A stretch of DNA of 40,000 nucleotides from the NCBI GenBank assembly GCA_965222375.1, contig CBDCTZ010000016.1:342808-382807 (forward strand), read 5' to 3'. The notes beneath the pieces were generated by a model. The model made no database searches, was not told the origin of the DNA, and saw only the letters and a list, made by a program, of their open reading frames with translations. Below are positions 18,900-26,706 of this stretch, piece after piece. This DNA is from Polyangiaceae bacterium (lineage in GTDB: Bacteria; Myxococcota_A; Polyangia; Polyangiales; Polyangiaceae). The translations under genes and the position numbers were made by a program. The stretch's first letter is position 1, and the number at the start of each line of letters is the position of its first letter.

Positions 18900-19124
18900 G
18901 TGGACCTACAGCTGACAGCGGTTTTCAAGAAGGTACCGCAAGGGTACATTGCGTTCGTGGAAGAACTTCCTGGTGCGAACACCCAGGGCGCCACGCTTGA
19001 CGAGGCGCGAGAAAACTTGCGGGAAGCCGTCGAATTGGTGCTTGTTGCCAACCGCGAGTTCGCGCGTGAGGACGCCGGTGACGACGAAGTAATCCGCGAG
19101 CAACTCAGGATCGCTAGCGGGTGA
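18900..19124 (+). CDS. hicB: HicB family antitoxin (cassette in inverted orientation)
   Basis: MDLQLTAVFKKVPQGYIAFVEELPGANTQGATLDEARENLREAVELVL. GTG start. There is a 4-nt overlap with hicA. Confidence 0.8.
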   Translation: MDLQLTAVFKKVPQGYIAFVEELPGANTQGATLDEARENLREAVELVLVANREFAREDAGDDEVIREQLRIASG

Positions 19125-19306
19125 AGCGTCGCGATCTGATCCGGCATCTTGAGAAGAACGGTTGCCGGCTCCTGCGCGAGGGTGGAAGTCACTCGGTGTA
19201 CGTCAATCCAGCGGCGAAGAAGGCATCAACTGTGCCTCGCCACTCCGAGGTCAACGACCATCTCGCGCGCAAGATCTGCAAGGATCTCGATGTGCCTCGC
19301 CCTTAG
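19121..19306 (+). CDS. hicA: HicA mRNA-interferase toxin
   Basis: MKRRDLIRHLEKNGCRLLREGGSHSVYVNP...VPRHSEVNDHLARKICKDL is the canonical HicA pattern. Confidence 0.85.
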   Translation: MKRRDLIRHLEKNGCRLLREGGSHSVYVNPAAKKASTVPRHSEVNDHLARKICKDLDVPRP

Positions 19307-19351
19307 CGGAGTGCGCTCCAACGGCCAGCCTGCGCGATGAGTCTGTGGTCC

Positions 19352-19562
19352 GCCTAACAATTGAGGCGTTCAGCAGCGAACGCCAGAAACAACACCACCC
19401 AAGACTACCACGCTACAGGCGCAGGGTTGCGCCGAACGCAGCGAAGGCTGCTCGGCGCAAGACCCCTGCGCGAGACCGAAGGGAACCCCTGGAAGGGGCA
19501 CGGCGGAGCGAACGCCAACCAGTCAGAAAGCCGGCGGTCGTCCGCTGCAACGTCCTGTAGGC
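19352..19562 (-). repeat. attC (long class) with 1-bp deletion in the R'' core (GTAGGC instead of GTTAGGC)
   Basis: GCCTAACAATTGAGGCG...CCGCTGCAACGTCCTGTAGGCGG. One T of the core is missing. Confidence 0.8.
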
Positions 19563-19814
19563 GGGGTTCACCGTGACGTAGAACGCCGCTGGCGGGGGCA
19601 GCTCGGTGGCGGCGCTGGCGAAAGCATGCGCGGCAGCAATGGACTTAGTGTGAATGGAAACAACGTCGCCCTCGAACACGCAGCGATCCACGTATGCCTT
19701 TGCGTCGACAAGAGAGAGCCCAAGGTGAGTGCAGAGCAGTCGGATTACTTCGACGGTCCCGACGCTAGCGGGACCACAGAAACGCGGGTCGATCCGGAGT
19801 TGTACAGTGGGCAT
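19413..19814 (-). CDS. hypothetical protein, second gene of a two-gene cassette; the C-terminus reads through into the attC
   Basis: The native part of about 84 aa (MPTVQL...FYVTVNPA) has a weak L7/L12-C-like pattern (VEVIRLLCTHLGLSLVDAKAYVD). An intact core would give NPA-TAA at about 19560. The deletion extends the ORF to 19413. Confidence 0.55.
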   Translation of the reverse strand: MPTVQLRIDPRFCGPASVGTVEVIRLLCTHLGLSLVDAKAYVDRCVFEGDVVSIHTKSIAAAHAFASAATELPPPAAFYVTVNPAYRTLQRTTAGFLTGWRSLRRAPSRGSLRSRAGVLRRAAFAAFGATLRL

Positions 19815-20203
19815 CAGTGATCACTTCGCGTCGGCGGCTGTAGGCGTGCCCTGATGTATCCGCGAGCCTCGAGATTGAGTCCCCACTCGTCGGTCCCGCG
19901 CGAAATGCCCAAGAAGTAAAGGTTCCGATCAAGTTGTTCAAAGTGCACATCGCAGTCGGACGCGCGCAACGACACCAGCGTTGATTCGTCGTCGACCTCT
20001 ACCGTCACCCATGCGGGTTGGTCATCCCAGGGATGGACCTGAATTCGGTTTTTCTGGGTCGTCCAGACGTCGATAACCGTGCTTGTTGAACCCCCGACCC
20101 GAAGGACGTAGCGCGCAGCACCAGTTCGGACGATCTCAATCAAGACGTCGTCGGCAGCAAAGTCATCGACGTCGCCGCTGGGCTGGACCTCGAGGCGCAT
20201 CAC
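19814..20203 (-). CDS. hypothetical protein, first gene of a two-gene cassette
   Basis: 129-aa ORF. Its stop overlaps the next start (ATGA-type coupling at 19812-19816). It starts 7 nt from the attC core. Confidence 0.6.
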   Translation of the reverse strand: MMRLEVQPSGDVDDFAADDVLIEIVRTGAARYVLRVGGSTSTVIDVWTTQKNRIQVHPWDDQPAWVTVEVDDESTLVSLRASDCDVHFEQLDRNLYFLGISRGTDEWGLNLEARGYIRARLQPPTRSDH

Positions 20204-20209
20204 TCCTCC

Positions 20210-20396
20210 GCCTAACGATTGAGGCGTTCAGCAGCGAACGCCAGCAACAGCATAACCAAAAAACCACCACGCTGCAGGCGCAGGGTTGCACCGAACGCAT
20301 CGAAGGATGCTCGGTGCAAGAACCCTGCGCGCAGGGCGGAACGGACGGTACCCGGTCAGAAAGGCCGCGATCGTCTGCTGCAACGTCCTGTTAGAC
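20210..20396 (-). repeat. attC (short class, 187 bp)
   Basis: GCCTAACGATTGAGGCG...CTGCTGCAACGTCCTGTTAGAC. Confidence 0.85.
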
Positions 20397-20690
20397 CGCC
20401 CGGTCACGCCAGTAGCCTGGTCGGCGCTTGCAGTGTGCGATGGCCACAACCAGCACCACTTCTCCACGCACGCAGTACACGACTTCGTAGGGGAACCGCT
20501 GCAGAAGGAACCGTCGCGTTCCCTCAAGATGTGCTGGCCAGGCGCCGGGCGCTGCCACGATTTCGCGAAAGGCGCGACGAACCTCGAGTTCAAAGGCGGT
20601 CGCGGCTACGGGGTTGCGCTCGGCGTACCACTCTGCCGCCGCGCGAGCCTCGTCTGCAGCCTCGGCGAGTACATCAAGTACGACCGCCAC
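20391..20690 (-). CDS. parE: ParE/RelE-superfamily toxin (cassette)
   Basis: AEADEARAAAEWYAERNPVAATAFELEVRRAFREI...RRFLLQRFPYEVVYCVRGEVVLVVAIAHCKRRPGYW. The stop TAA lies in the attC core. Confidence 0.75.
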   Translation of the reverse strand: MAVVLDVLAEAADEARAAAEWYAERNPVAATAFELEVRRAFREIVAAPGAWPAHLEGTRRFLLQRFPYEVVYCVRGEVVLVVAIAHCKRRPGYWRDRAV

Positions 20691-20913
20691 TCGCGATTGC
20701 TTTCAGGTCGTCCAACAGTTGTTCACCGGAAACAACGCGCGCCTTTCCGGCGTCGTAGGCCTGAACACGCTTTTGGATTTCGACCGCCCACGCGACGTCG
20801 CGGTCGGCGTCCGGTGGGGATTCATCCAGACTGTGAATTAGCTCGCCCAGGAGTTTCGCGCGGGCCTCAACTGGCAGACGGAGCGCTTCCTGCAGCAGTT
20901 GGTCGATATCCAT
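20674..20913 (-). CDS. addiction-module-component type antitoxin
   Basis: MDIDQLLQEALRLPVEARAKLLGELIHSLDE...VAWAVEIQKRVQAYDAGKARVVSGEQL. It overlaps the toxin gene start. Confidence 0.6.
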   Translation of the reverse strand: MDIDQLLQEALRLPVEARAKLLGELIHSLDESPPDADRDVAWAVEIQKRVQAYDAGKARVVSGEQLLDDLKAIASGGRT

Positions 20914-20962
20914 GAACCCAGTGTACCAGAGCAAGCGGCCACGGCCAGATACGGCGTTGTCG

Positions 20963-21148
20963 GTTTAACAATTGAGGCGTTCAGCAGCGAACGCCAGGAA
21001 CATCATACCAAAAAACCAAAAGGCTTCAGGCGCAGGGTTGCGCCGAACGCAGCGAAGGCTGCTCGGTGCAAGACCCCTGCGCGCAGGGCGGAACGGACGC
21101 TACCCAGTCAGAAAGCCGGCGATCGTCTGCTGCAACGTCCTGTTAGGC
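20963..21148 (-). repeat. attC (short class)
   Basis: GTTTAACAATTGAGGCG...CTGCTGCAACGTCCTGTTAGGC. Confidence 0.85.
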
Positions 21149-21154
21149 CGCCCG

Positions 21155-21514
21155 CTAACCCATAGACCTCGCAGCCGGGCCGTGCGGCTCTGGCCAGACG
21201 AACTTCACGAAGTAGATGGCCGCAGCCACGAAGCTGCCAACGAAGAGGAAGATGGCCCAAAGCACGCGAGCGTTCTGATCGAGTGCGGCGTTCTTGAAGA
21301 CGTGTGCGACGTAGAAGACGAGGAGCGCAAGGACCTCAAGCATAGTGAGGACATGGAGAGCGAGCAGTGTTGGTATCGCAGAGGCGACCGCGGGCGGGTC
21401 CTGGCCAATGGTTGTGATCGTGGTGAGAAACGCTGCAAAGAAGAGCAGCATGTAGAGTGGAGGCCAGCATGTAGCGACGCCGACAAAGATCTTGGTGCGC
21501 TTGCTCAGTTGCAC
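21155..21514 (-). CDS. small multi-pass membrane protein (cassette)
   Basis: 119 aa with 3-4 hydrophobic helices (CWPPLYMLLFFAAFLTTI, LLALHVLTMLEVLALLVFYV, LWAIFLFVGSFVAAAIYFV). Confidence 0.6.
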   Translation of the reverse strand: MQLSKRTKIFVGVATCWPPLYMLLFFAAFLTTITTIGQDPPAVASAIPTLLALHVLTMLEVLALLVFYVAHVFKNAALDQNARVLWAIFLFVGSFVAAAIYFVKFVWPEPHGPAARSMG

Positions 21515-21539
21515 AGAAACCTACGGGCAAAGCCAGTCG

Positions 21540-21752
21540 GCCTAACGATTGAGGCGTTCAGCAGCGAACGCCAGCAACAGCATACCCAAAAAACCAAAAC
21601 GCTGCAGGCGCAGGGTTGCGCCGAACGCAGCGAATGCTGCTCGGCGCAAGAGCCCTGCGCGAGACCGAAGGGAACCCTTGGAAGGGGCAGGGCGGAACGA
21701 AGGCCATCCAGTCAGAAAGCCGGCGGTCGTCTGCTGCAACGTCCTGTTAGGA
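21540..21752 (-). repeat. attC (long class, 213 bp)
   Basis: GCCTAACGATTGAGGCG...GAGACCGAAGGGAACCCTTGGAAGGGGCAGGGCGG...CTGTTAGGA. Confidence 0.85.
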
Positions 21753-21805
21753 GGCTGAGGGTGTCAGGTGCTGGAACAACGGACGCCAGGTGGTGTCATT
21801 AGATC

Positions 21806-22270
21806 GTGTGGGCAAGGGCGGCATTGACTCTCGTGCTGGCAATCGGATGTGAGCAACCGCCACCGGTAGAACTTGCGCGGGCGGGTGGGGCCGCTGGTGC
21901 CATCGAGAGAGCGCGCCAGAGTGTCATGGAGAATCACGCTTACGAGCGCCTCGCCTCGGCCAATGCACGGCTTGTGGTAGGCCACACCTGTTACTACGGT
22001 GCGAAGCGCCCGCAAGGTTGGGCGGAGCTGAACGTGCTTGTGCGTGCACGTCGTGACGACCTGCTGTGGCGGTTGCAGCGAGCGCCAACGCCGGAAGCGC
22101 GCTTGTACGGCGCGATCGGCTTGCGGGAAACGGAAGCGGTTGGCCCGAAGTGGTTCAAAGTGCTGGTGGCGGCGGTCCGGGAGCCCGTGGCGACGTGCAG
22201 AGGGTGCCTGCTTTCATCGGGTTCGGCGGTGGAAGCAGTTGCCGCGTACGATGACTGGGAGTCGGCCTAA
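21806..22270 (+). CDS. putative lipoprotein (cassette in inverted orientation)
   Basis: This is the only long ORF in the cassette. It has a lipobox-like LVLAIGC|E. Its TAA stop lies in the GCCTAAC core of the next attC. The start codon is uncertain. Confidence 0.5.
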   Translation: MWARAALTLVLAIGCEQPPPVELARAGGAAGAIERARQSVMENHAYERLASANARLVVGHTCYYGAKRPQGWAELNVLVRARRDDLLWRLQRAPTPEARLYGAIGLRETEAVGPKWFKVLVAAVREPVATCRGCLLSSGSAVEAVAAYDDWESA

Positions 22271-22450
22271 CAATTGAGGCGTTCAGCAGCGAACGCCAGA
22301 AACAACACCAACCAACAATATCACGCTACAGGCGCAGGGTTGCGCCGACCGCAGCGAAGGCTGCTCGGTGCAAGACCCCTGCGCGCAGGGCGGAACGGAC
22401 GCCATCCAGTCAGAAGGCCGGCGTTCGACTGCTGCAACGTCCTGTTAGGC
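22265..22450 (-). repeat. attC of cassette A (copy 1; short class)
   Basis: By eye it is the same as 30648-30833, at a constant offset of 8383. Confidence 0.85.
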
Positions 22451-22452
22451 CG

Positions 22453-22893
22453 CTACGCTACTCCGACGCCTTCCGCGCCTGCACTTCCGGGTCCGGAAGG
22501 AGGCGGTATGTCGGCAACCAGCGCCTCGATGCGCGGCAAGCGAGGAGTGACAGCAGATCGGACCGTTTCAATGGATTGAGGTGCCGAAAAACGAAGGAGC
22601 AACACGTAGATCCCGCCAAAGGATCTGAGATAGGCATCGCCGGAGCGGCGTTTCGCGAAGCGATCAAGGCGGCCGCCGCGACGGAGCGGGGGATCGAGAC
22701 TGGCGAGTTCGTCCAAAACGATCTGCGCAGCGGGAGAGCGGCCGTCGTCCTTCACGTGTTCGCTGGAACACCAGAGCGTACCGCGACTGTCGAGCACGTA
22801 GGCGTAGATGGCGCGGGCATCGGCAGCCAAATTGGTCAGCACGCGCCGCAGCTCGGACGAGGCCGGCGTTTCAGGACCCATGCGCATTCCCAC
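22453..22893 (-). CDS. cassette A protein, unknown function (copy 1 of 2); weak roadblock/LC7-like impression
   Basis: 146-aa ORF, identical in translation to 30836-31276. The start may be a downstream ATG. Confidence 0.6.
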   Translation of the reverse strand: MGMRMGPETPASSELRRVLTNLAADARAIYAYVLDSRGTLWCSSEHVKDDGRSPAAQIVLDELASLDPPLRRGGRLDRFAKRRSGDAYLRSFGGIYVLLLRFSAPQSIETVRSAVTPRLPRIEALVADIPPPSGPGSAGAEGVGVA

Positions 22894-22910
22894 CCACTGT
22901 CTCGACGTCG

Positions 22911-23097
22911 GCCTAACAATTGAGGCGTTCAGCAGCGAACGCCAGAAACAACATACCCAAACTCTACCACGCAGTCAGGCGCAGGGTTGCGCCGAACGCA
23001 GCGAAGGCTGCTCGGTGCAAGAACCCTGCGCGCAGGGCGGAACGGACGCTGACGAGTCAGAAAGCCGGCGGTCGTCTGCTGCAACGTCCTGTTAGGC
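22911..23097 (-). repeat. attC of cassette B (copy 1 of 4; short class)
   Basis: Same sequence at 27596, 29437 and 31294. The overlapping six-frame ORFs are identical in all four copies. Confidence 0.88.
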
Positions 23098-23101
23098 AAC
23101 G

Positions 23102-23467
23102 CTACGAGGACTTGCGGGTCAACCGTGACGCCACCTCGACCAACCCGTTGGTGATGACTTCCGGAAGCGGCGCCGCCAACTTCGTTCGGAGGAGCGCAGC
23201 GATGTCCATTGTGAACAGCACTTCTCCGCCAGCGAAGAGTGAGACGGTTTCGTCCTCCTGGTGCAACCCATCTGGCCACCACTTCCGCTGCCACTCGATC
23301 CTCAGGGGCTGGTCCTGGATCGAAGCGCAACGGAGGACGACACTGGCGGGGTTGTATGCCGTTTCTGATTCCTGAATTTGAACAACCTCGAGACCAAGTT
23401 CCTCGAGTCTTGCGCGGAGGTTGGAGACCGCCGCGGTGTCAGACAGGAAAAGGAAGGGCTGAGCCAC
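23102..23467 (-). CDS. cassette B protein, unknown function (copy 1 of 4)
   Basis: 121-aa ORF MAQPFLFLSDTAAVSNLRARLEELGLEVV... with a GTG start 10 nt after the attC core. All four copies are identical. Confidence 0.65.
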   Translation of the reverse strand: MAQPFLFLSDTAAVSNLRARLEELGLEVVQIQESETAYNPASVVLRCASIQDQPLRIEWQRKWWPDGLHQEDETVSLFAGGEVLFTMDIAALLRTKLAAPLPEVITNGLVEVASRLTRKSS

Positions 23468-23477
23468 CTGCGCGATT

Positions 23478-23664
23478 GCCTAACAATTGAGGCGTTCAGC
23501 AGCGAACGCCAGGAACAACATACCCAGACATTATCACGCAGTCGGGCGCAGGGTTGCGCCGACCGCAGCGAGGGCTGCTCGGCGCAAGAACCCTGCGCGC
23601 AGGGCGGAACGGACGCCATCCAGTCGAAAAGCCGGCGGTCGTCTGCTGCAACGTCCTGTTAGGA
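23478..23664 (-). repeat. attC of cassette C (copy 1 of 2; short class)
   Basis: GCCTAACAATTGAGGCG...CTGTTAGGA. Same as 28163-28349. Confidence 0.85.
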
Positions 23665-23686
23665 GGCGTCGTTCTTTAGCAGTCGA

Positions 23687-24076
23687 CTATTCCGTACGGC
23701 CAAGAGGCACCGCTTGGGACCAGCGAGCGCCCTCCTGACATTCGAGCATGGCGCCCTGGTTGTGTGCAACGAGACGGAGGGGCCGCGAGGTGACGCACCG
23801 AAGGAAGGCATTCAGATCGCTCGCCATTGCGGTCATGAGCTCGTGGCGGGGCGTGTCATCGTACCCGTCGTAATCGCACCAGTCGGTGACCTCCAGTCCG
23901 GAGGAGTGCTTCGCGTCGACGAACCACTCGAGAACGTTGATGGCAGCGTGGACTGTCACGGAAAGCTCGTCCCGTGTGAGGACAATCTCAACATACTCCG
24001 CGTGCCGCTGGACAACCACGCCCGGCGTTCCGGCGAAGGCCTCCACCGCAGCGACGTGGGGACGGAGAGCTTTCAC
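23687..24076 (-). CDS. cassette C protein, unknown function (copy 1 of 2)
   Basis: The track ORF 23687-24223 extends into the attC. A GTG at 24076 (VKALRPHVAAVEAF...) lies just inside the cassette. Identical to the copy at 28372-28761. Confidence 0.55.
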   Translation of the reverse strand: MKALRPHVAAVEAFAGTPGVVVQRHAEYVEIVLTRDELSVTVHAAINVLEWFVDAKHSSGLEVTDWCDYDGYDDTPRHELMTAMASDLNAFLRCVTSRPLRLVAHNQGAMLECQEGARWSQAVPLGRTE

Positions 24077-24081
24077 CGTCC

Positions 24082-24268
24082 GCCTAACGATTGAGGCGTT
24101 CAGCAGCGAACGCCAGCCACAGCATACCCAAAAAACTACAACGCTGCAGGCGCAGGGTTGCGCCGAACGCAGCGAAGGCTGCTCGGCGCAAGAACCCTGC
24201 GCGTGGGGCGGAACGGACGCCATCCAGTCAGAAAGCCGGCGGTCGTCTGCTGCAACGTCCTGTTAGGC
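24082..24268 (-). repeat. attC (short class) of the RHH-doc cassette
   Basis: GCCTAACGATTGAGGCG...CTGCTGCAACGTCCTGTTAGGC. The doc stop TAA lies in its core. Confidence 0.85.
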
Positions 24269-24603
24269 GGGCCCCGCCGTCTCTTGGACGTTGGCTTGCA
24301 GCCAGTGAACCAACGCCTCCAGGGTGAGCCGCCCCGAGGCGACGGACATTACGACGCTTTCCTGTTCGTCGTCCGTAGCGATGATTTCGAAACCGTTCAG
24401 TACGAGGAAGACTTCCATCGCGGCGTGACCGATTCGCTTGTTTCCGTCGATAAAGGGATGACCTTGTATGAGCGCGAAACCAAGCGCGGCGGCTTTCTCA
24501 ACAAGGGTTGGGTGCAGCTCGACACCATCGAACGTGGCGAGAGGTTGTGCGAGTGCGGATTGAACTCGCCCGAGGTCGCGCACACCGGCGGCACCGCCGG
24601 AAG
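24263..24603 (-). pseudogene. doc: doc toxin gene, 3' fragment (interrupted by IS)
   Basis: ...GAAGVRDLGRVQSALAQP...IQGHPFIDGNKRIGHAAM... carries the Fic/Doc motif HxFxDGNKR. The frame continues from 26644-26706 once the IS and one copy of the target duplication are removed. Confidence 0.85.
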
Positions 24604-24717
24604 GTAACCGTTCAGGGGTAGGGCGCCTGGACACCGCGGTCTCGCGCAAGCGATCGAGATTGCTCCATTATTTCAATCGGCTTTCCATCTTCGCAAAAAT
24701 GGGCGATTGGGACGCTG

Positions 24718-26172
24718 GTGAGCGATCCGCAGGCCGACCGTACCCGGCAGCTCGAGGCTGAAGTTGCAGCCAAAGATGCCCGCATCGCGGAGCAGGATGC
24801 GCGCATCGCGGAGCAGGATGCCCGCATCGCGGAGCTTGAGCAGCAGGTTGCTAGCTTGCTGGAGAAGCTGAATCAAAACTCGTCGAATTCGCACAAGCCA
24901 CCGTCCAGCGATCCCCCGGGCAATCGGAAGGAGCGTCGATCGCGGGCCAAGCAGAAGAAGCGCAAGCGAGGTGGGCAGAAGGGGCACCCGGGCAGCCACC
25001 GAAACTTGGTGCCGGAAGATCAGGTGGACAAGTTCGTCGACCACTTCCCACGCGAGTGCGAAAATTGCTGGAAACCGCTGCCGGAAGTCCGCGACCCGCA
25101 CGCCCATCGTCACCAGGTGACCGAGGTCCCACCCATCCGCCCGCACACGACCGAGTATCGTCGCCACGCGGTAGCCTGCGCAGGCTGCGCCCATGTCACT
25201 TGCGCGCGCTACGACGAATCTCTGATCCCAACGTCCTCATTTGGACCTCGCCTGATGGCGTTAGTGGCTCTCTTTACGGGCGTGTATCATCTCAGCCGGC
25301 GCAAGGCGCAAGGGCTACTTGCCGATGTGCTGGGCGTCTCGGTTTCACTCGGCGCGATCAGTGCGGTCGAAGAGCGCGTCAGCGACGCGCTCGCGCCCGC
25401 GGTCAATGAAGCCTGGGACCATGCGGTCCAGGCCGATGTGAAACACACCGATGGAACAACCTGGTTTCAGGCAGGCACGACGATGTCCCTTTGGACCATC
25501 GCCACCGCGGCGGTGACGGTGTTCCGGATCCTCGCCGATGGCGCCAAAGACACACTCCGGCCGTTGTTCGGCGACCTGAATGGGATCTTGGTAAGTGATC
25601 GCGCCACAGCACTTACTTTCTGGGCGGCGGAGCGCCGGCAGATCTGTTGGGCGCATTTGCTACGTAAGTTTGTGTCGTTCTCGGAGCGCGATGGTCCCGC
25701 CGGCGCGCTTGGCCGAGACTTGCTCGGCTACACCGGCATCTTGTTCGATTATTGGCGCGACTACCGGGCGGGGAAAATGACCCGGGAGCGATTTCTGGCG
25801 TGGATGGCTCCGCTGCGGCAGCAGATGGAGGCTATGTTCGAGAAGGCTGTCCTCCTCGACATCAAGGACTTGTCGGGGTCGTGCGCCAACATTCTGAAAT
25901 ACAAGGAGGCGCTTTGGACCTTCATCGAGCGCGATGACGTGGAGCCGACAAACAACCATGCCGAAAGGGAACTGCGCGCTTTCGTGCTCTGGCGCAAGGG
26001 CTCGTTCGGAAGCCAGAGCAAGCGTGGCAACGTCTTCGCTGAGCGCGTGATGACCATCGCGCACACGGCGCGCAAGCAGAACAAGAACGTGCTGACTTTC
26101 CTCGCCGAGTCCTGCCAAGCTCGCATGGAGGGGACAAACTGGCCCTCCTTGTTCAAGACCGCAGCAGCTTGA
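24718..26172 (+). CDS. IS66-family transposase (TnpC-like)
   Basis: N-terminal coiled coil with a 3x ARIAEQD repeat, NSSNSHKPPSSD, a Cys cluster (CENC...CAGC), and TNNHAERELR near the C-terminus. Confidence 0.88.
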   Translation: MSDPQADRTRQLEAEVAAKDARIAEQDARIAEQDARIAELEQQVASLLEKLNQNSSNSHKPPSSDPPGNRKERRSRAKQKKRKRGGQKGHPGSHRNLVPEDQVDKFVDHFPRECENCWKPLPEVRDPHAHRHQVTEVPPIRPHTTEYRRHAVACAGCAHVTCARYDESLIPTSSFGPRLMALVALFTGVYHLSRRKAQGLLADVLGVSVSLGAISAVEERVSDALAPAVNEAWDHAVQADVKHTDGTTWFQAGTTMSLWTIATAAVTVFRILADGAKDTLRPLFGDLNGILVSDRATALTFWAAERRQICWAHLLRKFVSFSERDGPAGALGRDLLGYTGILFDYWRDYRAGKMTRERFLAWMAPLRQQMEAMFEKAVLLDIKDLSGSCANILKYKEALWTFIERDDVEPTNNHAERELRAFVLWRKGSFGSQSKRGNVFAERVMTIAHTARKQNKNVLTFLAESCQARMEGTNWPSLFKTAAA

Positions 26173-26173
26173 G

Positions 26174-26587
26174 TCACTCAGTATCGGCCGCGGCGTCCAC
26201 CGCCATCGGGAAGTACCGCGTCAGATGCTTGGAACCGACGCTCCGGATCTGCCCCGCACTCCTCAAACGCGTCATCGGTCGGTGCAGCTCGCGCACCGAA
26301 ATGCCGACTTCCTCTGCCAGCGCCGCCATGCCCTTGCCGGGGCTCGCACAGATGGCCGCGTAGAGCCGCTGCCCAATCGCCGTAACTTCCTCGGGTGGAC
26401 GGCGACGTCCCGTGCGACCTCTCGACCCTGTCGATGACTTCCGCGCCCTGGCAGCCCGCGTCTCCGCCACCGCGAAGCCTCGCTCGACCGCCTCCTGCGC
26501 GCTCCGCCGGCTTTCCGCGATGTGCTCCCGAACCAGCTGCTCGATCCGCTCCGACAATCCCTCGCTGTTACTCGTCGTCTTCGCCAT
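26174..26587 (-). CDS. HTH/winged-helix DNA-binding protein encoded inside the IS, opposite strand to the transposase
   Basis: 137-aa ORF between the transposase stop and the right inverted repeat. GKGMAALAEEVGISVRELHRPMTRLRSAGQIRSVG looks like an HTH. Confidence 0.55.
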   Translation of the reverse strand: MAKTTSNSEGLSERIEQLVREHIAESRRSAQEAVERGFAVAETRAARARKSSTGSRGRTGRRRPPEEVTAIGQRLYAAICASPGKGMAALAEEVGISVRELHRPMTRLRSAGQIRSVGSKHLTRYFPMAVDAAADTE

Positions 26588-26643
26588 GCGCCACGAATCT
26601 CACGTCCCGAGCCGGGCCCTCAACCCAACCCCTGAACGGTTAC

Positions 26644-26706
26644 GCCGGAAGAGGCTACCAGGGCAGCGTGAAGCCTGAGCACCTCGCCGAGTGTCAGGAA
26701 CCTCAT
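26644..26706 (-). pseudogene. doc: doc toxin gene, 5' fragment (21 codons)
   Basis: ATG at 26706. The fragment reads MRFLTLGEVLRLHAALVASSG and ends in the target-site duplication. Its start overlaps the antitoxin stop (ATGA). Confidence 0.8.

Larger units (their letters stand above)
24604..26643 (+). mobile_element. IS66-family insertion sequence (2,040 bp)
   Basis: Perfect 15-bp terminal inverted repeats: GTAACCGTTCAGGGG (24604-24618) and CCCCTGAACGGTTAC (26629-26643). It is flanked by the 8-bp direct repeat GCCGGAAG (24596-24603 and 26644-26651). Confidence 0.9.
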
